In this document: positions 38,152 to 47,682 of the stretch, in pieces | Layout of the letters: every line of letters begins with the position of its first letter | How positions within the stretch are numbered: position 1 is the stretch's first letter | Assembly (NCBI GenBank): GCA_041666745.1 | Contig: JBAYGI010000005.1 | Coordinates: forward strand, 7,748-71,747 | Source: Candidatus Magasanikiibacteriota bacterium | Lineage (GTDB): Bacteria; Patescibacteriota; Patescibacteriia; Magasanikbacterales; GWA2-37-8 | Reading direction: 5' to 3' | DNA length: 64,000 bases | The notes under the pieces: model-generated | Database searches by the model: none | Seen by the model: only the letters and a program-made list of their open reading frames with translations | What the model was told of the DNA's origin: nothing | Program-made: the position numbers and the translations under genes

Positions 38152-39342
38152 TTATTTTTTTCGTCGACGCTTACTCAAGAGACGTAAAATCAAAAATAAA
38201 ATTATCATAATCGACGACACCCACTGCCAAAAATATTTTTGCGCCACTGTTTTTTTAACGACACCGATCGCGGTAGATAATATTGGTGCTTTGGGTATTT
38301 GTGGAACTATTTCAGTTTGAGGAGAAACCAACACCGCTTTAGAATTAATTAAACCCTCAACACTCCCAATCATCAAGTTGTTGTTATTTAAAAAAGAAAA
38401 AATGGCTTTGATACTACCATCTACACAAAAAGCTGGTAAACCCACTACATGAGCCAAAATATCCTGATCATTTTTCAGCAAAAAAGTCTGTATTTGCCCT
38501 TTATTATCCAAAGTCACTATTACGGTTTTGGTGCCTTTGGGGATTTTTTTGTTGTCCAAATAAATATTGATCGGTAAATTATTCAAAACATCCACCTTTT
38601 TGTTATCTTCTGAAACAAAATTCTGACCATTTTGTTCAAAAATAAAATCACTAAACTCCACCGGTCGCCCCTTTGGTGGCTGTATTACTTTTGGAACACT
38701 CAATTCAGGTGTTTTTTCAATCGGTTTTACTTCTAGTTTTTTAATTTGATCCATCTCCGGTGATTGCGGAAGAGCCGAAACACTGGCTCCGGAAGAAAAA
38801 ACATTGCCGGTATTGTAAACAAAAACAGTATAAAAATACCTGACTCCATTTTTTAAACCTATATCCGCGTATTCAAAAGTATTTTTGCCAATCTCTAAAC
38901 CGACACCTTGATACAACAACCCACCGACGTCAACATTGGTTGGGAAAAAAACAGTTGACCGACGAATCATTATACCGCCGTAATCTATCAAATCTACCGG
39001 CTTCGTCCAGCGCAATACTACCTGTTTGTCCCCTGCTTGCGCTGATAGATTGTCCACATTTAAAACTATCACTACTACCGGTTTTTGTGTCACAGGAATT
39101 CCAGTGCCTCCACTGCTTGGAGCGACTACAGGGGTTACCGGTGGTGTGGTAGTGGCGACTGGGCAGTCCGCTGGACAAACCGTAGTATTTTCACCACTTT
39201 CACAAACGCCATTATTATTACAACTGGATACTAATAGATTTATGTCTATGTTTTTGCTACTATTGGTGGCCGAAACAAAAATAGGCCTAAAAAGTATGCC
39301 ATCAAAAAATAGAATAATTAAAAAAACTTTTGAACCACGCAT
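38152..39342 (-). CDS. Secreted, C-terminally anchored protein with Cys motif and FN3 domain
   Basis: CNNNGVCESGENTTVCPADC; VVLRWTKP, YADIGLKNGVRYFYTVF; C-terminal TM plus RRRKK. Confidence 0.78.
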   Translation of the reverse strand: MRGSKVFLIILFFDGILFRPIFVSATNSSKNIDINLLVSSCNNNGVCESGENTTVCPADCPVATTTPPVTPVVAPSSGGTGIPVTQKPVVVIVLNVDNLSAQAGDKQVVLRWTKPVDLIDYGGIMIRRSTVFFPTNVDVGGLLYQGVGLEIGKNTFEYADIGLKNGVRYFYTVFVYNTGNVFSSGASVSALPQSPEMDQIKKLEVKPIEKTPELSVPKVIQPPKGRPVEFSDFIFEQNGQNFVSEDNKKVDVLNNLPINIYLDNKKIPKGTKTVIVTLDNKGQIQTFLLKNDQDILAHVVGLPAFCVDGSIKAIFSFLNNNNLMIGSVEGLINSKAVLVSPQTEIVPQIPKAPILSTAIGVVKKTVAQKYFWQWVSSIMIILFLILRLLSKRRRKK

Positions 39343-39344
39343 GT

Positions 39345-40103
39345 TTAATTGGATGTTCCGGTTATTACAATTGTGGCGGTATATTCACCGCTTTGTTGAA
39401 CATTTTGAGAGCCGGATTTTGCTTTTACTTTTATTGTGGTCGTAGCGACCGTCGGATCGTTTGAGCTGTCCGATGAGCTAACCTGTTCGTCGGTAGTCAA
39501 AAAATAATCCCAACATTTGTCTGCCGTGTCACTACCACCACTTTGGTTGCAAATACTGCCATTATCTAAATATTTCTGAACCAAATCCGCCCCTTCCGGT
39601 GTAAAACCGAAAGCTGATGAAGTTTCAGCCGAGCTCCATGTAAAATCTGAATTTACCCCAGCCGGATAATTTGGAAACGAACTTGATGCGGATTTTAATG
39701 CCGGATCAGTAGTGGATTTTATTTTCAAAGAATAACCCGCAGAATTATTGGTCAAAACACCGACTGCCAATGAACCGTTTGATTCTCCACCAGTTAAACC
39801 GCCAATACTTGATAAAACAACCGGACTACCACTTACCGACATTGTTAAAAAAGTACTTTGATCCATTTGCTGATAGCCCGCTCGCAATTTAAAATTTGTA
39901 CTAGTCGCTGAACCGCTGGCAATTTCACCCATCGTATCCTCTATTTTGTAATTTGTAGAAGTTCCTATCCCTCCAGCATTATTTACAGAATCAAACTGTA
40001 CACGATAGTTGGTACTGGACATCACATACGCAAAAACCGGCTGAGAAAATATCGCGGCTAATACTACCAACAAAATGAAGTATTTTAGGGAAAACTTTTT
40101 CAT
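39345..40103 (-). CDS. Secreted beta-rich protein (WxL-like/pilin-like), paralogue of 41150-41800
   Basis: Signal peptide; GGLTGG, TNNSAGYSL, FGF, terminal GEYTATIVITG. Confidence 0.7.
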   Translation of the reverse strand: MKKFSLKYFILLVVLAAIFSQPVFAYVMSSTNYRVQFDSVNNAGGIGTSTNYKIEDTMGEIASGSATSTNFKLRAGYQQMDQSTFLTMSVSGSPVVLSSIGGLTGGESNGSLAVGVLTNNSAGYSLKIKSTTDPALKSASSSFPNYPAGVNSDFTWSSAETSSAFGFTPEGADLVQKYLDNGSICNQSGGSDTADKCWDYFLTTDEQVSSSDSSNDPTVATTTIKVKAKSGSQNVQQSGEYTATIVITGTSN

Positions 40104-40108
40104 ACTGT

Positions 40109-41086
40109 TTATTCTTGGTCTTTCCTTTTGATTTCAAAGTTTTCCTTAAACCAACCGTGAAGAAGTTTTAATAGACCAATCAAAATTAGGAATCCGGCAA
40201 CAATCGCAGTTACTACTTTCCATGGCAAAATCCAAAAATATACTGTTTTTGTATCTATAACATCTTGATACCCTCTATTCATCTGCAAAACTGCTTTATA
40301 AAACCCAAACATGAATTTCCTTTCTACCAGATAGTCTTTTTGACGTACCGATCCGGGCATTACAAAATATGGATTGACAACTTGTTCTTCTATTTTTGTG
40401 CCCAAACTATTGTAAACAGTCAAAATACCGTACGGATTTAAATATATATTACCGGTATTTTCGTATAAAGATTTGAATGGAATCTGTGGATCGGAATAAA
40501 ACTTGGCACTGGCATAAAAATCTTGCAATTGACCACTGGTTTTGATTTCCCCATTGACTCTCACAAAAAACAATGAAGCCAATCTAGAAATAACAGTGAT
40601 GTTTCCAGCCACCACTTCTGAACCAACCGCATTTGTAGTAGTTGCCGGCCTGGTAGTTACTATAACCGCACCATACAAACCACTAGGTTGGGCATCGCGC
40701 GGTATTTCGATTTTAATAGGAATAGTAATACGCTGGCCATGTTGCAAAGTAAATTCCGCTATTTCCGGATGTAAAAAATCTCGCAAAGAATAAGGGCCCT
40801 TTTCTGACCCCAATAACACCAATGGTTCTAGTGGATTTCTTGATCCAGCAAAGTCCTCTATTTCTATTTTGAAAGACATGTCTTGACCATAACGATTGGT
40901 CACTATTAAATTTTTTGCCGCCGAACCCCCCGGATCAAGTGATAGCTCTGTTTTTCCCGGACCGATTACATAATCACCAGCAACTGGCGTTGTTACTAAA
41001 TTTTCTATTTGTATAGCCAAAACTGGACGCGCAAAAAAACAGGCAAATATAAAAATAGCTAAAAAGATGATTTTTTTACAAAACAT
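40109..41086 (-). CDS. DUF916/WxL-interacting-like membrane-anchored protein
   Basis: Signal peptide; LDPG..NL.VTN, IPRDAQPSGLYGAV, ENTGNI, VMPGSVR, FWILPW plus C-terminal TM. Confidence 0.7.
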   Translation of the reverse strand: MFCKKIIFLAIFIFACFFARPVLAIQIENLVTTPVAGDYVIGPGKTELSLDPGGSAAKNLIVTNRYGQDMSFKIEIEDFAGSRNPLEPLVLLGSEKGPYSLRDFLHPEIAEFTLQHGQRITIPIKIEIPRDAQPSGLYGAVIVTTRPATTTNAVGSEVVAGNITVISRLASLFFVRVNGEIKTSGQLQDFYASAKFYSDPQIPFKSLYENTGNIYLNPYGILTVYNSLGTKIEEQVVNPYFVMPGSVRQKDYLVERKFMFGFYKAVLQMNRGYQDVIDTKTVYFWILPWKVVTAIVAGFLILIGLLKLLHGWFKENFEIKRKDQE

Positions 41087-41149
41087 ACATTAAATAAAAA
41101 CTACCTTTTGTATATAGATAGTTTATCATCATTATAGAAAAATTGCAAA

Positions 41150-41800
41150 TTAAAGTGTAGCTGCTGTGATTGTTATGGTAGCGGAATAACTACCGGATGG
41201 TTGACCCTTTGCATTGCCCACTTCTGCCTTATATCGAACAGTAGTGGTAACACCACTAACAGTGGTTTGAATACTTTTGGATGCTATTTGTGTCGCATTT
41301 GTACCGTCAAAACCTACAAAACAATGATCAAGTCCGATCACTGAACCAGGTGCGCCACAAGCACTAGCACCATCATTTTTAAACGCAGCCACAACATCGG
41401 TAGAAGTAACTGAAAAACCAAATTTTGCTTCAGCAGCGGCCACAGTCCAAGAGTAATCGGGAGTAGAGGTGGCAATATAATTAGCAAAAGAACTGTGTCC
41501 GTCAGCAGTCATGAGGGCTGGCGACGTTGTTGGAGTAAGAGTAAGAGTATAGCCATTGTAATTATTAGTTTTTACATTGCAATCCACATCGGCAGTTGCA
41601 GAGCCACCGGTTAAACCAGCTATGGTGCCTAAATTAGCCGTAGCGACCGGACAAGCTAATGATAATTCATCTGATACCGTCAAAGATACTGTGGTAGTAG
41701 AAACAGAAGAAGTAGCCAAAACCACATCAGCCTCCAAAGCCGCAAAAATCCCGTAGCTTAACAAGATTGCGATAACTGATAAAAACAAAACCTTTTTCAT
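41150..41800 (-). CDS. Secreted beta-rich protein (WxL-like/pilin-like)
   Basis: Signal peptide; AGLTGG, TNNYNGYTL, FGF, terminal GSYSATITITA. Confidence 0.7.
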   Translation of the reverse strand: MKKVLFLSVIAILLSYGIFAALEADVVLATSSVSTTTVSLTVSDELSLACPVATANLGTIAGLTGGSATADVDCNVKTNNYNGYTLTLTPTTSPALMTADGHSSFANYIATSTPDYSWTVAAAEAKFGFSVTSTDVVAAFKNDGASACGAPGSVIGLDHCFVGFDGTNATQIASKSIQTTVSGVTTTVRYKAEVGNAKGQPSGSYSATITITAATL

Positions 41801-41874
41801 ATAAATACATTATACCACATATTCGATATTCTGTGATCAATACACAGGTGGATAATATGTGGATAAGAATATTT

Positions 41875-43503
41875 TTATTTCAAAGTCGCTTTAATTAGCC
41901 CGACAAATAGTGGGTGCGGATGTGTTGGGCGCGATTTTAATTCCGGATGAAACTGTGTTCCTACAAAAAATGGATGATTTTTTAATTCCACAATTTCTAC
42001 GAGATCTTTTTCTTTGTTAATACCAACCACCTTTAAACCGGCCTTATCCATCATTTCACGATATGCGTTGTTGAATTCATAGCGATGGCGATGGCGCTCG
42101 CTAATTTCTTTTATACCATACAATTTGGCTGTTTTACTGTCTGTTTCAAGTGAACAATCATAAGCCCCCAAACGCATTGTGCCACCATACCTGTTTTTAC
42201 TGACATTTTGAGCTTGCTGTTTGTTGATATGAATAATCAAATTTTTAGTTTTAGGATTTACTTCTATGGTATGCGCATCTTTTAAGCCCAATACATGGCG
42301 AGCGAATTCTACTGATGCCAATTGCATTCCATAGCACAAACCAAGATATGGCAAATTGTTTTCACGAGCAAATTGAATCGCCAATATTATACCTTCGATA
42401 CCGCGAGTACCAAATCCACCCGGGACAATCAAAGCATCATAATTGGACAGTTCCTTCAGTTTTTTTGCGTCTTTTTCATAATCTTCTGAATCAATCCACG
42501 CCATCTCTGCTTCCGCGCCCAAACTCCACGCCGCATGTTTTACCGCTTGAATTACTGAAATATATGAATCTGCCAAAGTAAAATCACCGGTAGCAAAGTA
42601 TTTACCAACGACAGCGACTTTGACTTTCTTTTTGGCTGACTTCATTTTGGTAATAAACTGATCCCATTCAGTGCTTTTGTGTCCTTTATCTAACTTAATT
42701 TTTAATCTCTTGGCCAACAAATGACCAAATTTTTGTTTTTCCAAAACTTCCGGTATATCATAAATACTCTCCACATCCGGGGCAGACACTACGTCTTCTT
42801 TTGATTGCATCCAACAAAAGAAAGCCAATTTTTCACGTCTAGGCTGATCCAATTCATGTTGACCGCGAGCCACAATGAAATCCGGTTGAATTCCACAATT
42901 ATTTAAAGTACGAGCGGCGTGTTGAGTTGGTTTGGTTTTCATTTCACCCAAATGAGAGGGTACCGGTAAATAACTCACTAGCACAAAAGCCACATCGTTT
43001 GGATTGTCCAATTTCATCATGCGAGCGGCGTCCAAAAACAAAATATTTTCATACTCACCTACTGTCCCGCCAATTTCGACTACCATAATATCCGCTTTGG
43101 TTTTTTCTGACGCGGCTTTGATACGAGCAATAATTTCCATTGGAATATGTGGCACTACCTGAACACAACGTCCTTTGTAACCCATATTGCGTTCTTTTTC
43201 AATCACACTAAGATAAACACGCCCAGTAGTCATATAGTTGGTGGAATACAAGTTGGTATCCAAAAATCTCTCATAATTACCGAGATCCTGATCGGTTTCA
43301 TCACCATCTTCAGTCACAAACACTTCACCGTGCTCGACCGGATTCATCGTGCCGGCATCTACATTGATATATGGATCAATTTTAATCGCTGAAACATTAA
43401 ATCCATAATTTTTAAAAATACGACCAATCGAAGCGGCGGTAATACCCTTGCCCACACCACTCAAAACACCTCCAATAATGAAAATATACTTTGTTTTACG
43501 CAT
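41875..43503 (-). CDS. pyrG: CTP synthase
   Basis: GGVLSGVGKG, KIDPYINVDAGTM, KTKPTQ, VPGGFG, GLCYGMQ, QFHPE. Confidence 0.98.
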   Translation of the reverse strand: MRKTKYIFIIGGVLSGVGKGITAASIGRIFKNYGFNVSAIKIDPYINVDAGTMNPVEHGEVFVTEDGDETDQDLGNYERFLDTNLYSTNYMTTGRVYLSVIEKERNMGYKGRCVQVVPHIPMEIIARIKAASEKTKADIMVVEIGGTVGEYENILFLDAARMMKLDNPNDVAFVLVSYLPVPSHLGEMKTKPTQHAARTLNNCGIQPDFIVARGQHELDQPRREKLAFFCWMQSKEDVVSAPDVESIYDIPEVLEKQKFGHLLAKRLKIKLDKGHKSTEWDQFITKMKSAKKKVKVAVVGKYFATGDFTLADSYISVIQAVKHAAWSLGAEAEMAWIDSEDYEKDAKKLKELSNYDALIVPGGFGTRGIEGIILAIQFARENNLPYLGLCYGMQLASVEFARHVLGLKDAHTIEVNPKTKNLIIHINKQQAQNVSKNRYGGTMRLGAYDCSLETDSKTAKLYGIKEISERHRHRYEFNNAYREMMDKAGLKVVGINKEKDLVEIVELKNHPFFVGTQFHPELKSRPTHPHPLFVGLIKATLK

Positions 43504-43556
43504 AAAACATTAGTTATTTATAATTAAATATTTAAAAGAAAAAATATAAACAAACT

Positions 43557-43584
43557 AAAAACGGACAGTGATACGTCCGTTTTT
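43557..43584 (-). terminator. Terminator after rplI
   Basis: aaaacggac-agtgatac-gtccgtttt. Confidence 0.55.
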
Positions 43585-44030
43585 TAGAGGGTTTCAACCC
43601 TGACCATGATCTGGGCCTCTAGACCGTGGTTTAACTTTACTTTTACTTTGTATTCTCCGGATTTTTTAATGTTTAAATTTTCAATCCGATTTTTTTCAAT
43701 TTTGAAACCACGTTTGTGGAGCTCCTGGGCTAGCCGCTGGGATCCTATCGAAGCGTATAAAATACCGGCCTCGCTCGCCTTTTCTTTGACTACAATCTCT
43801 ACTCCATCTAGACGTCCGGCCAAAGACTGCAATTCCTTCAACTCTTTCTCGGCTGATTTGACTTCTTTGTGCTTACGTTCGCTTAATTCTTTAATATTTT
43901 TTTCTAGGGCATGTACCGCTAGGTGCTTCGGGAACAAAAAATTGCGAGCATATCCTTCGCTTACTTCCGTGATTTCGTCTGCTTTCCCTACCCCTTTTAC
44001 ATCCTGTAATAAAACAACTTTCATAGCCAT
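43584..44030 (-). CDS. rplI: 50S ribosomal protein L9
   Basis: MKVVLLQDVKGVGK..V.EGYARNFLFPK. Confidence 0.96.
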   Translation of the reverse strand: MAMKVVLLQDVKGVGKADEITEVSEGYARNFLFPKHLAVHALEKNIKELSERKHKEVKSAEKELKELQSLAGRLDGVEIVVKEKASEAGILYASIGSQRLAQELHKRGFKIEKNRIENLNIKKSGEYKVKVKLNHGLEAQIMVRVETL

Positions 44031-44089
44031 CTTGCTTTTTCCTCTAAATTACGCTAGTATTATATCACTAATGAATTAAAACTGCAATT

Positions 44090-44974
44090 ATGACAAAAGT
44101 TAAACACATTGAAGAAAAACCGCTATTCAAATCCGGCTTTATCACCATGGTTGGCCGTTCCAATAGTGGCAAGTCCACTTTACTCAATACCTTGATTGGA
44201 ACTAAGATTGCGGCTGTAACTCACAAGCCACAAACTACCAGAGATATTATACACGGAGTATTGAATACTGTGCAAGGGCAGGCCATTTTTATTGACACCC
44301 CTGGTATTCTAAAAGAACGACACAATCCATTGGCCGGCAAACTTACTGAACGCGCGCAAGAAGCTCTAAAAGAAATTGATGAGATTTTGTATGTCGTAGA
44401 TCCAACCAAAGCAATCGGCGCGGAGGAAAGATTTATTTTATCTATTCTACGAAAATTGGAAGTTCCAAAAATTTTGGTACTCAACAAATGTGATCTTCCG
44501 GAAACAGAAAAATTATATTTGGAAGATTACAAACAATTATCCAATGAGTTTGATGCTACTTTTGAATTGTCAGCTCTTTTGAATCGCCATATTCAACCAT
44601 TGGTAGAAAAAGTATTTGAACTTTTACCGGAAGGAATACCGATGTATGAAGGTGATCAAATTACGAATATTGGCAAAGGAAAATGGGTAGCGGAAGTTAT
44701 TCGTGAAAAAATATTATTGGCTTTACGCAAAGAAGTACCATATAGCATAAATGTAGAGGTACGAAACATTGAAGAGAAGCCGGACATAATTGTAATCGAA
44801 GCGGTGATTTTGACTTCTGATGCCAGATACAAAAAAATGATTATTGGTGCCGGTGGAAGGGCAATAAAAGAAATAGGGATTGCGGCGCGCAAAGAATTGA
44901 CGACGGCTTTGAACAAAAAAATATATTTGGAATTGGAAGTGGAAACTGACAGACATTGGGAAGAACGCGCTTAA
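44090..44974 (+). CDS. era: GTPase Era
   Basis: GRSNSGKSTL, KPQTTR, DTPG, NKCD, EVPYS, KH domain IIGAGG..IK.IG. Confidence 0.96.
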   Translation: MTKVKHIEEKPLFKSGFITMVGRSNSGKSTLLNTLIGTKIAAVTHKPQTTRDIIHGVLNTVQGQAIFIDTPGILKERHNPLAGKLTERAQEALKEIDEILYVVDPTKAIGAEERFILSILRKLEVPKILVLNKCDLPETEKLYLEDYKQLSNEFDATFELSALLNRHIQPLVEKVFELLPEGIPMYEGDQITNIGKGKWVAEVIREKILLALRKEVPYSINVEVRNIEEKPDIIVIEAVILTSDARYKKMIIGAGGRAIKEIGIAARKELTTALNKKIYLELEVETDRHWEERA

Positions 44975-44977
44975 CTT

Positions 44978-46285
44978 TTATTTTATAGTTGCTACTGGTT
45001 TTACTACGACTGGTTTTTTGTTTAAAACTTCCAAAGCTTTTTTAACCATCACATCCTCACCTATTTTTTCTTTGGACCAGTCCTCTTTTACTTCAATATC
45101 TGGTTTGATGCCTTGTTCGTTTATGTTTTTATTATTTGGGGTATACCATAGGGCGACGGTAATTTTTAATGATGATCCATCGGATAAATTTTCATACTCC
45201 TGTACCGATCCTTTACCGAAAGTTTTTGTACCGACTATGGTGGCTTTGTTGTGATCCTGCAAGGCACCAGCCAAGATTTCTGACGCGGAAGCCGAACCTT
45301 CATTTACCAAAACAACTGTCTTGATATTTTGTAATGGATGATCGCCGTATGTTTCGTGATTGTTGATATCGCCATTGCTATATTTTTCAGTGACAATTTT
45401 TCCATCAACTACCCATTTGCTAGCTACGTCTACGGCTGAATCCAGATAGCCTCCCGGATTATTTCTCAAATCAATAATCAATTTACTGATTTTTTTAGTT
45501 TGAATTTGTTTGATGTATTTTTCAAATTCAGGCAGAGTGTTTTGATTGAATTGCATAATGCGCAGATATGCAACATTTTTATTTTTTATCGAAAACATTA
45601 CGGATGGAATATTAATTTTCTCACGAATAATAGAAATTTCTTTGGTCTTGGTAAAACCATTGCGCATAATAGTCAAAACCACCGGTGTGCCGGCTTGACC
45701 GCGAATTTTTTGTACCGCTATCCCGGCATCCATACCAATGGTGATTGTTTTATCGATCGCATAAATTTTATCACCCGGCAACAATCCCGCTTTATCCGCC
45801 GGAGTACCCGGTAACGGGGCGATGACTACCAGCTCATTATTTTTAACCCCAACTTCCGCGCCTATACCGCTAAATTCACCATCTAAACTTTTATTAAATT
45901 CTTCAGCGGCTTTGGGTGGAAAATAAACAGTGTATGGATCCCCCACTCCCGCCGCCAATCCCTGCATCGCGCCATAAAAAAGATCTGAGTCCTTTACCGG
46001 TTGTTTGGCATATTTAGTTTTTACTTTTTGCCAAACTTCCCAAAACTGATTAAATTCAACATCTTTGGTTAAACTTTTATCGGTTGTAAAATTAATAATA
46101 TTTGTGCTCCAATCGCTATTTTCCGCCGCATTGGTTATTGGTCTTTTGATTGCCAAAAATTGACCGGCTAAAATTCCAAAACCAAACAATACCACCGCCA
46201 TGATTACACTAAAATATATACCCGCGTATTTACGAGCACGCGCTTTGGTTGGAGTGAGATTTTCTGCTTGCATATTTTTATTCAT
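44978..46285 (-). CDS. S41 carboxy-terminal processing protease with PDZ domain
   Basis: GDPYT, FSGIGAEV, IDLRNNPGG, SASASEI, TFGKGSVQ. Confidence 0.95.
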   Translation of the reverse strand: MNKNMQAENLTPTKARARKYAGIYFSVIMAVVLFGFGILAGQFLAIKRPITNAAENSDWSTNIINFTTDKSLTKDVEFNQFWEVWQKVKTKYAKQPVKDSDLFYGAMQGLAAGVGDPYTVYFPPKAAEEFNKSLDGEFSGIGAEVGVKNNELVVIAPLPGTPADKAGLLPGDKIYAIDKTITIGMDAGIAVQKIRGQAGTPVVLTIMRNGFTKTKEISIIREKINIPSVMFSIKNKNVAYLRIMQFNQNTLPEFEKYIKQIQTKKISKLIIDLRNNPGGYLDSAVDVASKWVVDGKIVTEKYSNGDINNHETYGDHPLQNIKTVVLVNEGSASASEILAGALQDHNKATIVGTKTFGKGSVQEYENLSDGSSLKITVALWYTPNNKNINEQGIKPDIEVKEDWSKEKIGEDVMVKKALEVLNKKPVVVKPVATIK

Positions 46286-47582
46286 TGATAATTTTAATAT
46301 CCGCGCCTACGGAATTTAAAGTTTGATATAAATTTTCATAACCACGCTCGATCGCATAAGTATTTCTCAATACTGATTTACCGCTAGCCGCCAACATACA
46401 AATCAGGATATTGACCGCTGGCCGCAAAGCCGGTGGACAAATCACTTCATTGGCAATAAACTTCGTCGGACCTTCCACCCACAAACGATGCGCATCAAGC
46501 AAAGTTACATTAGCGCCAAGTTTTTGTAATTCCAACGCCAGGACAGCACGGTTTTCATAAGCCCAGTCATGAACCAAGGTACGCCCCTGCGCCTGTGTTA
46601 AAATCGGGATAAATAATGGCAAGTTGTCAATATTTAAACCCGGAAAAGGTCGCCCATAAATTTTATCTGACAAGGCCGATAGCACGCTTGGAATAATTTC
46701 GATATCTACCAAAGTAAATTTATCATTTTTGGATTTTCTTTCATTTTTTAGTTTATACTTTTGCCCCATCACTTCCAATTTGCATAATTCCAATTCCAAA
46801 AATTCCAATGGGCAACTTTTGATTGTAATGTTTGATCCGGTGGTAATAGCAACCGCAACATATGTCATGGCTACTATTGGATCCGGCATGATCGGATAAT
46901 TTTTTACCGGTTTTAATTGTTTTGTGCCATCTATTTCCAAAGTAGTTGTACTGATGCCTTTGATTTTGGCTCCGGCTTTGTTTAAAAAATAACACAGATC
47001 CTGAACCATATAATTGGCTGAGGCCATTTTGATGATGGTTTTTCCTTGAGCCAAAACGGCGGCCATGATAGTGTTTTCCGTAGTGGTATCTCCTGATTCA
47101 TACATTACAATTTTCGCGCCTTTCAACGGAGAGTTTTTTACAACGTAAAAACAATCTTTTGAAGCTACTTGCACGCCCAATTTTTCCAAAGCATACCAAT
47201 GTGGTCGAACTGTGCGTTCACCCAAATGACATCCGCCGGATTTTGGAATTTTGTATGATTTTACACGAGCCGCCAATGCTCCCCATAAAAAAATCGAGGC
47301 GCGTGTTTTTTGTGAAGCATTGGGATCTATTTTTTCCAAATTCAAATCACCCGATGCGTCCACTTCCAGCTTTCCTTTGCCAAGCCATTTTATTTTAACA
47401 CCGATACTTTGTAACAATTCAATAATTCTCTTGACTTCTTCGATTTCCGGCATATCCACCAAAGTCGTTTTACCTAAAATTGAAACACAAGCACACAAAA
47501 TAGCCACGGCCGAATTTTTGGCTGACTGATTTTCGATAGTACCCCGCAATTTTTTACCACCGTTTATTATTAGATAGGACAT
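46278..47582 (-). CDS. murA: UDP-GlcNAc 1-carboxyvinyltransferase MurA
   Basis: SAKNS, RAS, GGCHLGER, TENTIMAA, YENR, IERGYE. Confidence 0.93.
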   Translation of the reverse strand: MSYLIINGGKKLRGTIENQSAKNSAVAILCACVSILGKTTLVDMPEIEEVKRIIELLQSIGVKIKWLGKGKLEVDASGDLNLEKIDPNASQKTRASIFLWGALAARVKSYKIPKSGGCHLGERTVRPHWYALEKLGVQVASKDCFYVVKNSPLKGAKIVMYESGDTTTENTIMAAVLAQGKTIIKMASANYMVQDLCYFLNKAGAKIKGISTTTLEIDGTKQLKPVKNYPIMPDPIVAMTYVAVAITTGSNITIKSCPLEFLELELCKLEVMGQKYKLKNERKSKNDKFTLVDIEIIPSVLSALSDKIYGRPFPGLNIDNLPLFIPILTQAQGRTLVHDWAYENRAVLALELQKLGANVTLLDAHRLWVEGPTKFIANEVICPPALRPAVNILICMLAASGKSVLRNTYAIERGYENLYQTLNSVGADIKIINE

Positions 47583-47682
47583 AGCTTACGCCTTTATTTT
47601 TTTATCATTTTATACTATACTACAAATAATAAAATTTTGCAAACTCAAATTTTAGTTAATTCTGGCTTAAATAACGATATAT

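Noticed and set aside
32400-41800. Prophage suggested by the tail-fibre-like gene and excisionase-like HTH
   Set aside because: No terminase, capsid, portal or lysis genes; the proteins have signal peptides or TM anchors; the region lies outside the att-bounded element.
41811-41866. DnaA-box-like motifs (tgtggataa; also 38139 and 58951) as oriC
   Set aside because: Only two or three boxes, no dnaA nearby, and no change in the dominant coding strand across the site.
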